From positions 1,798,001 through 1,862,000 of the forward strand of contig OZ287075.1 of NCBI GenBank assembly GCA_965645245.1: a stretch of DNA of 64,000 bases, read 5' to 3'. How positions within the stretch are numbered: the first letter of the stretch is position 1; every line of letters starts with the position of its first letter. The stretch is from Massalongia carnosa. Taxonomy: Eukaryota. Below are positions 1-13,222 of this stretch, one piece after another. Below the pieces are notes generated by a model that was not told where the DNA came from, ran no database searches, and worked only from the letters and a program-made list of their open reading frames with translations. Position numbers and translations under genes: made by a program.

Positions 1-781
1 CTCCCCCCCCTTTTTTTGTACTTTTTTTTTCTGGTTCTTCCTCTTCCCACTTCCTATCCTGCCGCATCTTTCCCCCCCTTTTCCGAAATCTCGCTTCCCT
101 TTCTCCTTCTCCCAAGTTGTTTGACCAGTTAACTAGTCCATCACGCGTTTCTGAGAGGTTTCCTTCTTTCAATTCTATCTATATACATACATACAAACAC
201 GCAACGGACCAACTTAAACTCACCATCCACTCATTCGTTTTTCTCTTGGGGTGGTGTGTTTGCCAGTAGTAAATCTTTGTTTAATATTAGGCGGGTTATC
301 GGACTCTTTAGCGAAATAGAGTAAGGAAATAACAAGGAAACTAAGAAGAAAATACTCTCATAAAAGCGACTTCACTCCCCATATCTTCCCCTCCCCCTTC
401 CCCCCCACCCATATCAACCTCCCCTAACCCTAGTACTTGTACCTTAGGAACGAATACTGAGTTGAACGAGGTAGGATGAGTCGTGGAGGAAAGAAAGTGA
501 TGGAGGGAGAGATGCAAAAGAGAGAGAGAGAGAGAGAAAGAGAAATTATCCCGAAATTAGAAAGGATTGGGTGGTTGAATGAAGGGAAATTGGCAGGGAA
601 GGCACGTGAAACCGGGAGGGAATGAACGATCCAGTAACTAACCAGGATAGGAAGATGGAATGGAATGGGGGAGGAAATCGACAAAAAGGGAAATCCTTCA
701 GTTATTTTTTGAGAGTTGCCGTAGCATCGCGCCCCTTGAAATAATTAATATACCTATTCAATGATATGTATATATATGTGA

Positions 782-1661
782 CAACGCATCTCCGCTTTCT
801 GTGAGAAGATCAAGCGCAAGCTGACTGCCTCGCGCGGTAGACGACGGCGCGCCCTCAACGCTACGCCGGCTCAGCGTAAGCGTGACTGGTATACGAGGCA
901 GATTGCTCGAGTCCGGCCTGCTGACATGATAGAGGACACTCCGACGGACAGAGGGCTAGCCAAGATCTTCAACAATCAGTGGAAACAGACCTGGAGCGCG
1001 TATCAGGCGGCTCATCAGCGTCATCCCTGCGCTGCGCTTACTGAGGATCTTTCGATAAAGAGACTGGGATTACATAAGAACTTCAGCAAATCCGAAAGCA
1101 GCCTCATCATTCAAATGCGTACTGAGCGTATTGGCTTGGCGGATTATCTCTTCTCTCGTCGAGTTCCCACGTTCGCTTCGCCGGCGTGTAGCTGTGGATG
1201 GGCACGCCAGACGCTCAAGCATGTGCTACTCAGCTGCCCCAGGTTTGTTAACGGCCGAAGCAACATGTGCAGAGACGCCGGAACGACGGATTATCGCCGC
1301 CTTCTGACCACCGAAAAGGGCTTACGAGCCTCCGCTCGCTGGCTTATGCGGACTAATCTACTGACACAGTTTTCGCTAGCTGTAGAGTGTCTTTCTTCCT
1401 CCCCCTGACTGTCGCGTAGTGATAGTCACAAACTCTAGTTATAACAGAGGCAGAAGGTAGTCTCTTGATACACATGTGTGTCGTAGACGTGGCGCTGGCG
1501 AAACGTAGCATTCGCGAAGTGAGGTCGAGCGATCACGTGTAGGTATACAGATGAAGGTTTTTTTCCCCTCGATGAGGGTTTTCCTTCTTTGAAACTTTGA
1601 TAGCTTTTCTCGCATGGGTCGGCTGTAGCTGATGTCACAACGAGTATGAATTTAATAATAA
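782..1661 (+). mobile_element. 5'-truncated non-LTR (LINE, Tad1-like) retrotransposon insertion
   Basis: ORF 926-1408 encodes a LINE ORF2 C-terminus (QMRTERIGL, CxC...H...C zinc knuckle: CSCGWARQTLKHVLLSCP). The 3' end reads GAGTATGAAT plus a short (TAA)n tail. A 13-bp target-site duplication TATATATATGTGA lies at 769-781 and 1662-1674. Confidence 0.9.
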
Positions 1662-2257
1662 TATATATATGTGAATTATGTACGTCCCGAATCTAGGATT
1701 GGTAAATTATCGTCTTTGATCAAGAAAGGGAATAAGTAAAGCCGCTTTAGATGGAGCACCGAGGGATGAGGAGCCTGAAATAGCTGCGTGGAGCTGGCCT
1801 CAATTGGCTACCTACCTAGTACGGTATTTCTTTCCTCAACAACGGCCTTCTCTATTTCCCTAACAAGTCGACCAGGTAAATTATATGCTATAGGATAGTA
1901 AAATTTACTAGGCGATTTTACTATCCTAACTCGCGGGTGACAAAATTCTGCAAATGAAAAACAATCCTTTGATCGAGATCCTCTTTTTACGCTAATGACA
2001 TCTCGATTTATGTAAGTAACCCTCTTCTAATATAGTTAGTTTTGCTGATGTTTCTAGCTAAAAAGAGTAACTTTTATCATAAATTTGTTTGTTGGGGTAC
2101 GAAAGAAAGGAGCGTTTAGACCCAAGTACTGTTTTCGTTCGAAGACTTTTGTCGCTGGCGAGCCTAAGCAAGAAGAAAGAGGTTAAGGATATTATTATAA
2201 AAGGGCCAATATTCTTTCTTGCTTCCGAAGTAATAAAAAAATAAAAGAAAAAGACAT

Positions 2258-2357
2258 TGATGAGGGTGGGACTCGAACCCACGCAGGTTTCCCTACTAGG
2301 AATGTAAATGTTAAGATAACCTTAACCTAGCGCCATAACCATCTCGGCCACCTCACC
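2258..2357 (-). tRNA. tRNA-Leu(AAG) with short intron
   Basis: Minus strand reads GGTGAGGTGGCCGAGATGGTTATGGCG-CTAGG-TT-AAG-G-[~18-nt intron]-CCTAG, then a long variable arm AGGGAAACCT and GTGGGTTCGAGTCCCACCCTCATCA. The acceptor stem pairs, and a T-run (Pol III terminator) follows. Confidence 0.93.
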
Positions 2358-3180
2358 GAACACTTTCTTTGAAACGTAAAAAATAAGCTATATAAAGAAT
2401 ACTGAATAGATAGGTTTCCAGTCTAATCGATGGCTTTCAACTTTGCAGGTCGAAAATAGTAGGAGTAATAACAAAAACTTTTATTGCAAAAGATAAGCCT
2501 AAATTGGGGTTTATTGCCTTGAACTTTTCAATAAAGTCTTAAGTGCCACCCCTCTTTAAAGCGACCCTGCTCCCTTTCCCGATCGAAAAGGGCAATCATC
2601 AATCCTAAGTTTGAGGTGTCTGTAGAATCGTATGTATATACATGTCATATCCGCACATCATATAATTATTATTACTACCGCTGTCAAGGATACAAATGAG
2701 CAACTTTCGGTATCTATCCACCCATTTCAACAAGAAGGAGCCCCTGGGGGGAGTTTTCTCCCGCCGGGTATGTATCCTTTCATCTGTTTCCTTTCGTGGA
2801 ATTAGAGTGGGCGCAAACTTGCCCAAAGAGAATAGATTCTTGACAAAACAAGGCATAATTATGGGTTGGGAGGGAAGTGGTGGGGGTGTTGACCCACTAA
2901 GATCCTTTCAAGGCCTATTTGCCTGTGGGATTTTTGCTAATGCAAAGCTGCAAAGATGGACGATTTAGGTTTGTCTTAGCTTCATTGGTATGACTGTAAA
3001 TCTTTTGATCTATGTTGGTTTCCTCAGCTTGCACACCAATGGTTAAAAAACGGGCATTGGGGTTCTGCTTTACTTTCCCGTAAGTCTGACAGAATATGGG
3101 CATGCCCGCATGGTTAAGTATCTTTTTTCGGGAGTAATGGTTGTATGAGATTCGCTACTAACTTTGCTGAGCTATGGAGC

Positions 3181-3872
3181 TCAATAACAACTAAAAATCA
3201 AAGTGTTTTCATCATCTAGCGCCGCGATGTGGCCCATCAAAACCTCTCGGTTCTCCTGGAGGGCACCTATCATGGCCGAACCGTCGGCTTCGTTGAATTT
3301 GCGAGGAATTCGCCAAAATTGTACCAAAACACCTTGATTGTCCCAATACTCAATTCTCGCAAGCAGCTTTTCCCACAGATCCCTGTTCGCGACGGGCCGC
3401 CTGTCGGAAGTAGTCCAACCACGCTGTCTCCACAAGGGCAATCGTTCGCAAATCCCTAGCACCACGTATTCGGAGTCGCAAGCAAGAAGGACTTTATCAC
3501 AGCCTTCACGGTTCCAGGCACGAATTTCAAGCGCGACAATAGCGGCTCGCAATTCCGCGCGGTTTGAGGTCTCCGGACCATCTCCTTCCAGCCGACTAGA
3601 GAGGTGATGTTCCTGACTCCACTTGACCCCGTATCCAGCGCGCGCGGACGGTGTTCCATTGCCCACGCATGATCCATCGATGAAGATTAGCATTTGTTGC
3701 TTGTTGTCCTTGCGGATCAAGCGAAAGGCCGGCACCGAGCCACCATTGATCTTATTTACGAAAAGATCAGCAGGTGTAGCTGATGTAGTCGGAGGATAGA
3801 AACGGCGTAAAGCTGCAGCTTGCTGGTGGGGGATAGGAGGTAGATGAAACAACGGGTTTGGAGTCATCTTGG
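3181..3872 (-). CDS. Ribonuclease H1-like protein (main exon; the 5' end probably lies in upstream micro-exons)
   Basis: RNase HI motifs IFIDGSC.GNG, TSNRAELRA, CDSEYVV, VANRDLW and WRIPRKFNEAD. No TIR, LTR or RT nearby, so it is read as a cellular gene. Confidence 0.85.
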
Positions 3873-4854
3873 CTGGATCAGCAATTTGACGGTGCACTCA
3901 GGACATCGGTGGAAACGTTCTCTTTCAAGCCCATGGAGTGAATCGCTCAATCTTCCAGATTGAACAAGACTCGCAAACATACGCATATGGACAGCTAAAA
4001 CGATAGAGAAAAGGATCTATATATGCCAGGCATCCCAGGGATATAGCAGTGACACGTACCTTTCTTGATACCGTAACCTGTTCACAAACTGTCAGCTGGA
4101 CGGGAATGTAGAGAGCGAAAAGGAATGATAGAAATGGAATTGCGGACACATCAAACTATTTGTCGCTAGTGAGGAATCGAACCAAGTGGGACACGGAAAG
4201 GGCAAAACCCTTGATTTCCGAGATAGGATTGATGAGCAATACATAAGAGATTTTTGTGTTGCACTTTTGACGCTGCCTACCGGGACTTTGGTGCCATTTG
4301 CTACCAACGATAGTACTGCCTTCATGCCGTCGTCGTGTTCACCGTTTCAACTCGCATGTTCGTGGTCGAGCGGGCAAGGCAACATTCGACATCATGTCAA
4401 AACCGGGCGACTCATTGAGGCTAAGAAGATATATAATCAACCAATGCTTGTGTTGATTCATACTGTTTTGGCGTTATTTGCTTTTGCCACTACTATATAC
4501 CGAGGTTAACTGTCTTACCCGATATGACTTCATCTTCTAATCGCATGGAACATTCTATGGGAATCTATAATTCCGCACGACAAGGTCTCTGCGACGAACG
4601 CGATGGAAGTTTCTCGAAGACTCCATGAAAGTCATATTCGGTGTATATATTTAGGCAAATAATCTCACCTCTTTCTTTCTTTAGATAGTTCAGTTAGTTC
4701 AGTTCAATTTAGTTATAGAGCTTCAAGCGCAGCATATCAGCCTTTTCATTGATTCAGTGCAGTTCCCTCAGCCCCTTTTATTTCAATAGCTTGAAAACTC
4801 CATGGAAAATAAAAAGAATCACGACGGAAGCGGCACAAAGGTCCATGTAAACAC

Positions 4855-4918
4855 AGTACAGAGTACGGAGTACAGAGTACCGAGTATCGAGTACCGAGTA
4901 CTATTCGAAGTACGGAGT
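4855..4918. repeat. Degenerate 7-bp tandem repeat (GAGTACN)n
   Basis: agtacagagtacggagtacagagtaccgagtatcgagtaccgagtac... visible directly. Confidence 0.7.
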
Positions 4919-5374
4919 TATTTCTAGCGATTCGTATGACATGTCCGTTGGGCATGTCAGCCCACGTGACCTCGTTTCCTTCTAGTGCAAGCGACTTTGA
5001 GTCTAGCCGTTTACGTGATGGTACAGAGGTACAAAGGTACCTTGTACATACACAGGGGTAACGACCTAAGATTCTCCCCCCCGAGATTTCTCCGTCTTAC
5101 TGTGGACGACGGCACCAGCATGCATTTTATTTTACATATACGTGTTCATACCGGCCGTTGACGATTTTGGGATTTGGAATCTGGGATTAGGGGCCTTGGA
5201 GAGACATTAGAGCCTACTCAAAAGTTCATATATCAGAACAAAGAACGGCAGTGACCCTGGTCTGACACCAGATGCCGATGTTTCTCCCGGCAAACAACCT
5301 GCTGGTTCCTCCTGGCCTAGAAATACCTTTTACGCCCGCCAACTGCATCAAGCGCGTTAAGCAATAATCAATAA

Positions 5375-6755
5375 ATGGCAGAATATATTCGGCTTGCGCT
5401 TGACCGTATCCAACAAGCACCATTGCATTTTGTGCTTTCGTTCCTCATAACCACAACCCTCGGAATCGCGTTGTTGGTATGATCATAGCGATCGCCCTTT
5501 GCTCGTAGATCATTGACCTTGCGTAGATATATCTTGCCATATTCATTGCCGCCCCCTTTCCCCGAAGGCCATTGGGGTCGGAAAAAACATTCAGAACAGT
5601 CGAAACGAGCGGAGAGACCAGCCTGGCAAGACCGTTACGTTGCTGGCACGATACCATCCAGGCACGGGCACAAGAGGCGCTTAACGAGAATGAACATTTC
5701 TCAGACGGAGAGATTGAGATTGAAGAGGCAGACGTGTTCATGTCACTTGTTGTACCCGCGTACAATGAGGAGAACCGAATCGGCATCATGTTGGCTGAAG
5801 CGGTGGAATACCTGCAGCAAGAATATGGAAACAGCAGTGCAATATCAAATTCAAACGGTACCACCAAACGGCGCAAGGAGAAGAAGGGAGAGATTCCCGA
5901 TGGCCCAACCCCTCGTCCCTCACCCGATGACTTCACATCCAGCGTACCCACCGGCTGGGAGATCCTAATCGTGTCCGACGGCTCCACCGACCAAACCACC
6001 GAAACTACCCTCAGCTTCGCCCGTGACCTCGGCCCCGATCTATCGCCCAACATCCGCGTCATCGCATTGCAAAAGAACCGAGGCAAAGGCGGTGCCGTCA
6101 CGCACGGCATGCGCCATGTTCGAGGTCAATACGCCCTCTTCGCCGACGCCGATGGAGCGAGTCGCTTCGCGGATTTGGGAAAACTCCTGCAAGAGGCACG
6201 GAAGGTGCAAGATCACCGGGGCAGAGCCGTGGCAGTAGGATCGAGAGCGCATCTTGTAGGCAGCGAGGCCGTCGTGAAGGTTCGTCTCCAAGCCTCTTAT
6301 CCCTCTTCCCTACAAACTAACCCCTCCCCCCCCCATAAAAAACTCGGTGCTGGGATACTGGCAGATCCACTTTCCACGCTAACGCCTCCCTTGCCCAAAC
6401 GCAGCGTACCCTCATCCGCAAACTCCTCATGCACTCCTTCCACCTCCTCCTCCGGCTCCTCACGCCGCCTGCCACTTCCGCCATCCGCGACACCCAGTGT
6501 GGCTTCAAGCTCTTCACACGCGCGGCGCTTCCGCACATCATCCCGCACATGCACTCGGAAGGCTGGATCTTCGACGTCGAGATGCTCATGCTGGCCGAGA
6601 GCGCGGGCATCCCCGTCGCCGAGGTGCCCGTCGGCTGGCAGGAGGTCGGCGGAAGCAAGTTGCGTGTGTTGTGGGATAGCCTGGGCATGGCGTGGGGGTT
6701 GGCTGTGCTGAGGGCTGGGTGGGGGGTGGGCGTTTACAGTCGACGGCGGCGGTGA
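5375..6755 (+). CDS. ALG5: Dolichyl-phosphate beta-glucosyltransferase (GT2); exons ~5375-5476, 5527-6279, 6405-6755
   Basis: N-terminal TM; motifs SLVVPAYNEENR, IVSDGSTD, NRGKGGAV, FADADGAS, IRDTQCGFKLF and WIFDVEML. GT-AG introns keep the frame. Confidence 0.93.
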
Positions 6756-7414
6756 GGAGAATTTTGGGGGGGGGGGTTCCTTGGGACGGTTATATAGATA
6801 AGTACCTAGGTTTAAGGTTTAGGGGTATGGGATGGCATAAAATCCGTTCTGGGACGCAAGATAGAGAAAGCGATAGAGAAAGAGAAGCCGAATACCTTTT
6901 TCTAGTCTACTATGTAACTCCAAAACCGCGTTAATCAGCCAAAAGTCCAAAATAACATAAAATAAACACCTCCCCCCAAACCTTTCGGGGGGGGGGGTTT
7001 TTTCGAACAATGTCCCCCCACGGGGACAAAAGTTTTTTTTGGGATTTTATGTATATAGAGTACGTATGTATGTATGTATGTACCTCCTCCGCCCGTTCCC
7101 AAACCCACCCGCGGTCTAGCAATTTTTAACTAAGTATGAAGGATGGGGAAAGAGGAAAGCCCCACTAAAAAAAAAAAGAAAAAGCTGGGGCTGAACAAAG
7201 CGGCTAAAAAGCTAGCTTTGCTATGTATGTAAAAAGCCCAACTTAATCAGCCAATCAATCAGCGTCAAGTTGGTAGATTCGTTCATTGATAAATAAATAA
7301 GATGAACCGCCAACCCACGCGCCCCCCCCCAACCACCTTTCTACCGCCCTTCTATCGCTTCCTCTCCAACGCCTCTTTACCCCCAGTAACCTCATCGTCC
7401 TTGCACCCCTAATG

Positions 7415-9080
7415 TCAAAACCCCTGCTGCCGTCTCCACTTTGCCTCCCACCCCGGAAACCACGGGCTCTCCTCCAGCGTTCGCACATCCCACCCCTCGG
7501 GCACAATCCCTCGCTCCACCTGCTCCCTTGCCCACACCTCTAGCGTCGGGATAACCATGTGTTCCACGTGCCATGTGTTCTTGTAGCGCATCATGTTCTC
7601 CTTGCCCTCGCGCAGGACTTTGGCGCACAGCGCCGGCACGTAGGCCTCGTCGCGGAACTCGGTCAGCGGAGTGAAGAGAGCTTTGAAGTTGAAGACGATG
7701 CAGCCCGAGAGTGGCAGGCGGCGCAGGGTTTGCCAGTCGACGCGTAGGTGGATGCGGGTAAGCGGGAGATCCGGGTTTTGGTTCAGGCGGTGGGCTTCGT
7801 GAGGGTGGTTGGGGGGCATGAAAAGCGGAGTGTCGATTTCGAGGCCCCAGGAACCGCGCTGGATGGGTCTCGAGGTGGGAAGTTTGGAGAAGTATCTGAA
7901 GAGCAAGGTAAGTTTTGGATTACAGGAATGGCCAAAAGTGGGCTTACCGGTCCATGGAAAACTCCATCTTTTCTTTGTAGTCTGGGATTGGAGAGTGGAT
8001 TTCCTTTAATTGCATACCGAGTTTTGTGTCGACGCTCCACCCCAGCGAAGAACAAATAACGCCGGCGCGGAAATAGTAACACCCGTCGTCCGGATTGCGG
8101 ATCATGACAGCAAAATCTTCGGGCACGTTTTCCAAGAGCACATGCAGCGGATGCATACTGTTGATAACGGTCTCGTTCTTCAAAATTCCGTTGTGAAAGA
8201 CATAGTCTTTTTCCTCCGAGCGCGTCAGAGAAAAGTATCGTGGATAGCGAGCGCAGAGGAACTGGAGCGCAAGCTCCATGATCTCTTTACAGCCTAGTTC
8301 GCTACCAGGGAGATAATTGAGTACATGCTTGCCGTGTTCCTTAAATAGTTGTTTGCGCTCTGCGACTCGAGAGGCGTAATTTTGCTCAACTTCGAGCCAC
8401 CAGTCGGGTTCGAGTTTGGTGAGCGCTGGTGAGGTCAGTTTGCAGATCCAGCCCTACGAACCAAAACAAAAAAGGTCCTTACACATGGTTTGATGATAGG
8501 CCCATCGAAGCGGTCGATAAGGCCTGGCAAGGGCCGTTTCAACCTTGAAGTCCTCGTAGGCTTCCGGGAGTGGTACACCGGAGAGCTCAGCGTAGTTTGG
8601 GAAATCCCCAAGAGCTTTGACCTCCTCCATAGAAAGCTCGGTTGGCGTATAGGTGGAAGGCCCGCATTCTCGGTAATCGGCGGTGAATGAAATGAGTCCC
8701 TTCTTGAAGTCTACCTGATCTAGCTTGTAGCTTTGAACGTTTCCCTGCTGAGCTGAAGGGAAGGTTTTGACAATTTTGGCCAAACTTTCTCGGCGGGACG
8801 GTGGAAAGAGGTCCTCGTAGCCAACCGGCGAAGGAATATTTGTAGGCACCCTTTTCCCGGGAGACACAGATCGAGGTGGTGTCCTGGACGTCGATATTCG
8901 CCGTGCTCGATCCACGGTTAGTATCCATGAAAACGCGCGCTTGACCACACCCTTCCGCTGGCGTTTCTTCCTCAACAGATACAAAGTACCGCTCAGCACG
9001 GCACCCATTGCAATCACTACTAGGTATTGACCAGAGCACGTTGAAAATCTCCGCAATATCTCAGTGCAGCCGTAAAACAT
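7415..9080 (-). CDS. DUF3445 / heme-dependent oxidative N-demethylase alpha-subunit-like protein; exons ~9080-8483, 8425-7948, 7895-7415
   Basis: Motifs RPYRPLRW.YHQTM, LEPDWWLEVE, VPEDF, IHSPIPDY and LRVDWQTLRRLPLSG typical of fungal DUF3445 proteins. Start codon uncertain. Confidence 0.8.
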
Positions 9081-11552
9081 GATGGGAGGATAGAATTGAG
9101 AAGTGAAAGCTTGAGGAATTCGAGAAATGCAGGTCGTTTTCGCAAATGGGAACAACAGCCTGGGCCAACAGTTCTTGATGTACAACAAGTTCCCGTTATT
9201 CACATCTCACATTCACCCACCGCAGCACACATTGATCGTTGTTTCACATCCGCCCTGCGCCGATGGGGTTGTGGCGCCAGTAATCGGTCATCGGTAAGGC
9301 GCGTTGGCCGTTTGCTTTCCCACTTCCTTCACGGTCGGGCCAGTCCACCATGAATCTGCTGATATGTGTTTGCAACGTTGTTACTTCAGGCCGACGACCT
9401 CGAGCGTCGAGAGTTAAGTGATGGATCCTGCAGCAAGTCCGTAAGGAGGTTGCCTTGACGATTGTAAGGTGCGATGCAATCAGGTATTGCCTTGCAAGCC
9501 AGCTGACTAGGTTCGATTGGTTCCAGAGAAAGAAAGATCGCGGTTGGATGTGTGGGTAGGTGGATGAGGGAGTGGCCGGCCAAGATGGAGTTGATCTGCG
9601 GGATGGGAAGGTAAGAAACGAACAGTGAAAGAGATCGAGTCGTCTAGAAGCCGTGGGACGAAACGTCTCTCAAATGCCGGGATCTTGCACCGATGCAGCG
9701 CTTGCACACATTGTGTAAGGTGTGGAGTGGATGTCGAAGCCTAAGGCCAAAGCTTATGGGCCGCGGTGTGAAGCTCAAATCACACACCACCGAGTCGTGT
9801 GATTCTATCTGATTTCTGATCGAGTTGGGTTTGGATCGATGACTTGAAGCAGCGCACAGAGTACAGAGAGGAGCTACTCTGTAGTTGGTTCCAGCCCGCC
9901 ATGAATCCATTCAATCCATAATCATGACTAAATGAAAAACTCCTCTTCCCCAAAGCACGCTAAAAGTAAATAGCTTCCCTCGAACTTCGAAACCCTATTT
10001 TGTACAGAGTACTAACCCTAACTCCCATATCGGCCTGCCTTCCACTCCATTCCACCTTCCTTTTCTTCTCGTCCCTTCGCTTACCCTTCCCTTACCTATC
10101 TACTCGGTGCTTTTGCTACCCCTAAAACTTTCCTTTTCTTTACCTCCCTTCGCCCTTTCACCTACCAAACAACCTACAGCGTAAAGAGTGTACTTGTACT
10201 TTCTGGTTCCCGATATCTGGAGATACGGGGGCGACCATCGTATCCCTCCATGCCCCTTCATGCCCATCCATGCCCATCCATGCCCCGACGCCTTACCCTC
10301 TCAGGAAACATATTCCCCGTTCATTCATCGCGGCTTCCAGACCCGTGACCCTCAATCACAATCCCTTGGGAATTTTCTCACTCGGTTGTCTCAACCGTAT
10401 AGTTCCGCACACAACACAATCATCCCGTTGGTCCCCGTTATCACCCTTACTTTCGATTTACGACATCTCTGCGCCAAGGAGACTTCATCCCTTGTTCCAT
10501 GGGGAAGGTACATAAAGGATAGGTTCGAGGCGGATGACAGAACTCTCCGATATTCCACGTCAAAATTAGCCGAGCATCCTAACTTCTGCTGGTGGAGACT
10601 TTTGTCATCCGCCTTGTGATTATTTGTAGAGAAATGACGCTAAAGCCATGGTGTACGTGGTGGAATATCTTACTAATATAGTGCCTTCAGGTCATGTGGC
10701 TTCACTTATTAGGTAATTGTGGTGTTCAAGGGCCAAAGGTTTACAAAAGCAAGTGTGGAGATAACTAGCCTAGACAACACCCTTGGTGAACTTGCTCTTG
10801 TCCCATTCGAGTAAAAGTTTCCCGACCAAACAAGATATGTATAATCAATCCATCATGACCACGAATCCTCCCACGAGGGACGGATTGCCAGAGCACCCAT
10901 TAGGTGTAAGAATAAGTATCCTAGCCTGGGTGCGCGCCGTTTTTCTGATGGTCGAAAAGCCTCAAGACTCTGAAGGATTATCAGACCATGACTTACGTCC
11001 CTAACACTATTCAAATCCAGGCTCAGTATATGATCTGAATTATTATCTGCTCGGTGCTCCTCTATATGTACTGCTGGAAAGCCTGCAATAGGCGCCTCAT
11101 TTGCAATGCTCAAATACAAAAATCGTCTTACGGGCCTCTGCCATTTGCCCAGCCCGCTAGCTGTTCGTGAAGACGTCAAGGGTGAAATAACCACCCAACC
11201 ATGTTCGAAATGAAAGCCCAAGTTCTAAAGGCGCGCACGCTAATCGTCAGGTATGGAAAATCGAGTGGAATAGTAGGTTTGATCAACAAAGGACCAAGCG
11301 GCAAAACACTTATACCCGGATGGGACTTTGCTAAACCGGCATTGCTTTGAGCCCTGTCAAAATGGTGGATCGGAGCTTCTGATCTTGGAGTGAGGACACG
11401 CTTGGGAGATTTGCTAGCCACCGAGATGGCTTAGCTATAGCTGGGGAGCCAAGAATCAAAGCCTGGCATTCAAAGACGCTGCCAATGTGAAATAAAATGC
11501 CGCCGGCTTGATGTCAGATTAAGTGACTCAAGGAACATATGTGGAAACGCGC

Positions 11553-13222
11553 TCAATCATCGGGGTTTGCAACCTTAAACACACAAGGTTAGCCAAGGCT
11601 CCTCAAATTCGAGTGATCGACATGGGACTGACGCGTAACATTCGCCGCGAATAATCTTGATCGTCCCGAAAACTCCTTACGCTGACACGACTTCCGTTAT
11701 CGTTGTTGGGAGTCCATAAAGCTGTCGGTTCCAGTCGTTGGTCGATAATGCGAGGATAGCTAGCCCGGTGATCGATCGGCGTGCCTGTGTCCGCAGGACT
11801 CTTCTCCGTACCACTGCCTGCGCCCCAACCACTTGTATATAAACCAGGTAACATTCTGTCATCATTGCTTCGTTGATTCCCACTGATGAGCCCCATTTGG
11901 CTCAATCTGCTTGGACGACGTTGTGGGGTATCATCGCCAGCAATGGATGTAACTGCGATTGCACCCGCTGTACGCCTGCGGTGAAACCAATACCGAATAA
12001 AAAGTGCGACAATTGCCAGTATTAACAGGACTATGCCAACGATCAGGCCTGCGGCCTTCCCTGCATTCGAGAGAAGTCCTCCACCATGATTCGATCTTTC
12101 GGGTTGTGCCGTAGACAGAGGGGGTGCAGTAGGTGTGATTGTTAGAGTTTTGACCTGACCGGTCACTGTAATAACGGAGGTGATTGGTGTGGCAGACCAG
12201 GTGGAAGTATCAGATGGTGGGGTTGAAGGTACAGTTGGTGTGGTGGATGTTATTGGGAGGATTATAGGAGTCGGGCTGGAAGGCTGTGAATTAATACTGT
12301 GAGAAGATATAGTGGTTTGGGGTGCTGGCGTGGGAGTCGTTGAGCTCGTCAGAGGCGTCTAATTTATAAAAACAAATCGAGTTAGCTATCAACCTTGCAC
12401 AGGCAGTCCCGTATATATCTTGCTTAAACATCATTGTGAACAGTCCTAGCTCGATAGGAGGGGTTAAACCATACTATGGAAATAATGGAAATTTGAACCG
12501 ATGGCGAAGCCGTGACTGTTCTCTGAATAGTCACAGGACTTGAATTCGGTAAAGAATTCTGTACAAAAGACGTTAAAAAAAGCGTTAACGAAGAAACGTG
12601 CGCCGTAGAGATATATTTGGGTGAAGAAAGCACGTTTCCAAGAAAAAGCACAGCCGCCGTTGATGTATAGGGGACCGCCGGACGTGGTGACGGGAAAGAA
12701 TTGGTCAAGGCCACTCCTGGAGATATGTTACTGACCACCTTAGCGCTGCTTTCCGCAGCTTCCGTTGAGCTACTGCTTGAAGACGGACTACCGGCCAACC
12801 CCAGTGTACCAGAAGGGCTCTTGCTTAAAGCAATGTATCCAAACAATCCAGCCGAAGCAGATCCACAGTTCTCGGATGGGAATCCTGGACAAGCCTCATC
12901 GCAATCACCCGCTGAGGCAGTCTCTGCTGGAATGTAGTCCGAGCACCAACAATTCTTGTACTGGACCACGGCGAAAGCATAGTTGGCCTTGCAGGTCTCA
13001 AAGCAGGCACCATTGGACTGAAAGATATTCGACACTAGAATTCCCAAGGTTAGCATAATCTATACAAAGCCGCTGTCAGCTGCATTACCCCTTACCACCT
13101 GCGAAATCCGCGCCAGTATTTTGTGTGGAGCAGTATATTTGGTCCAAGGCAAAGACATGCGCGATGTTAAAGACTAGTGACAGAACTAAAAGCTCAACGA
13201 AGCGGGCTCGAGCTTCAACCAT
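11553..13222 (-). CDS. WSC-domain cell-wall-integrity sensor (Wsc1/Slg1-like), multi-exon
   Basis: Signal peptide; Cys-rich WSC domain (QSNGAC...C...YAFAVVQYKNCWCSD...C.GFP.ENCG); S/T-rich stalk; single TM (GLIVGIVLLILAIVALF); tail DQRL...SFRDDQDYSRR and terminal VANPDD. Confidence 0.88.

Noticed and set aside
1..720. Short ORF 430-684 and purine/pyrimidine tracts
   Set aside because: Low-complexity translation of GA-rich DNA with no domain signal.
3181..3897. RNase H as part of a retrotransposon
   Set aside because: It lies outside the TSD-bounded LINE, on the opposite strand, with no RT, integrase or LTR, and has cellular RNase H1-type motifs.
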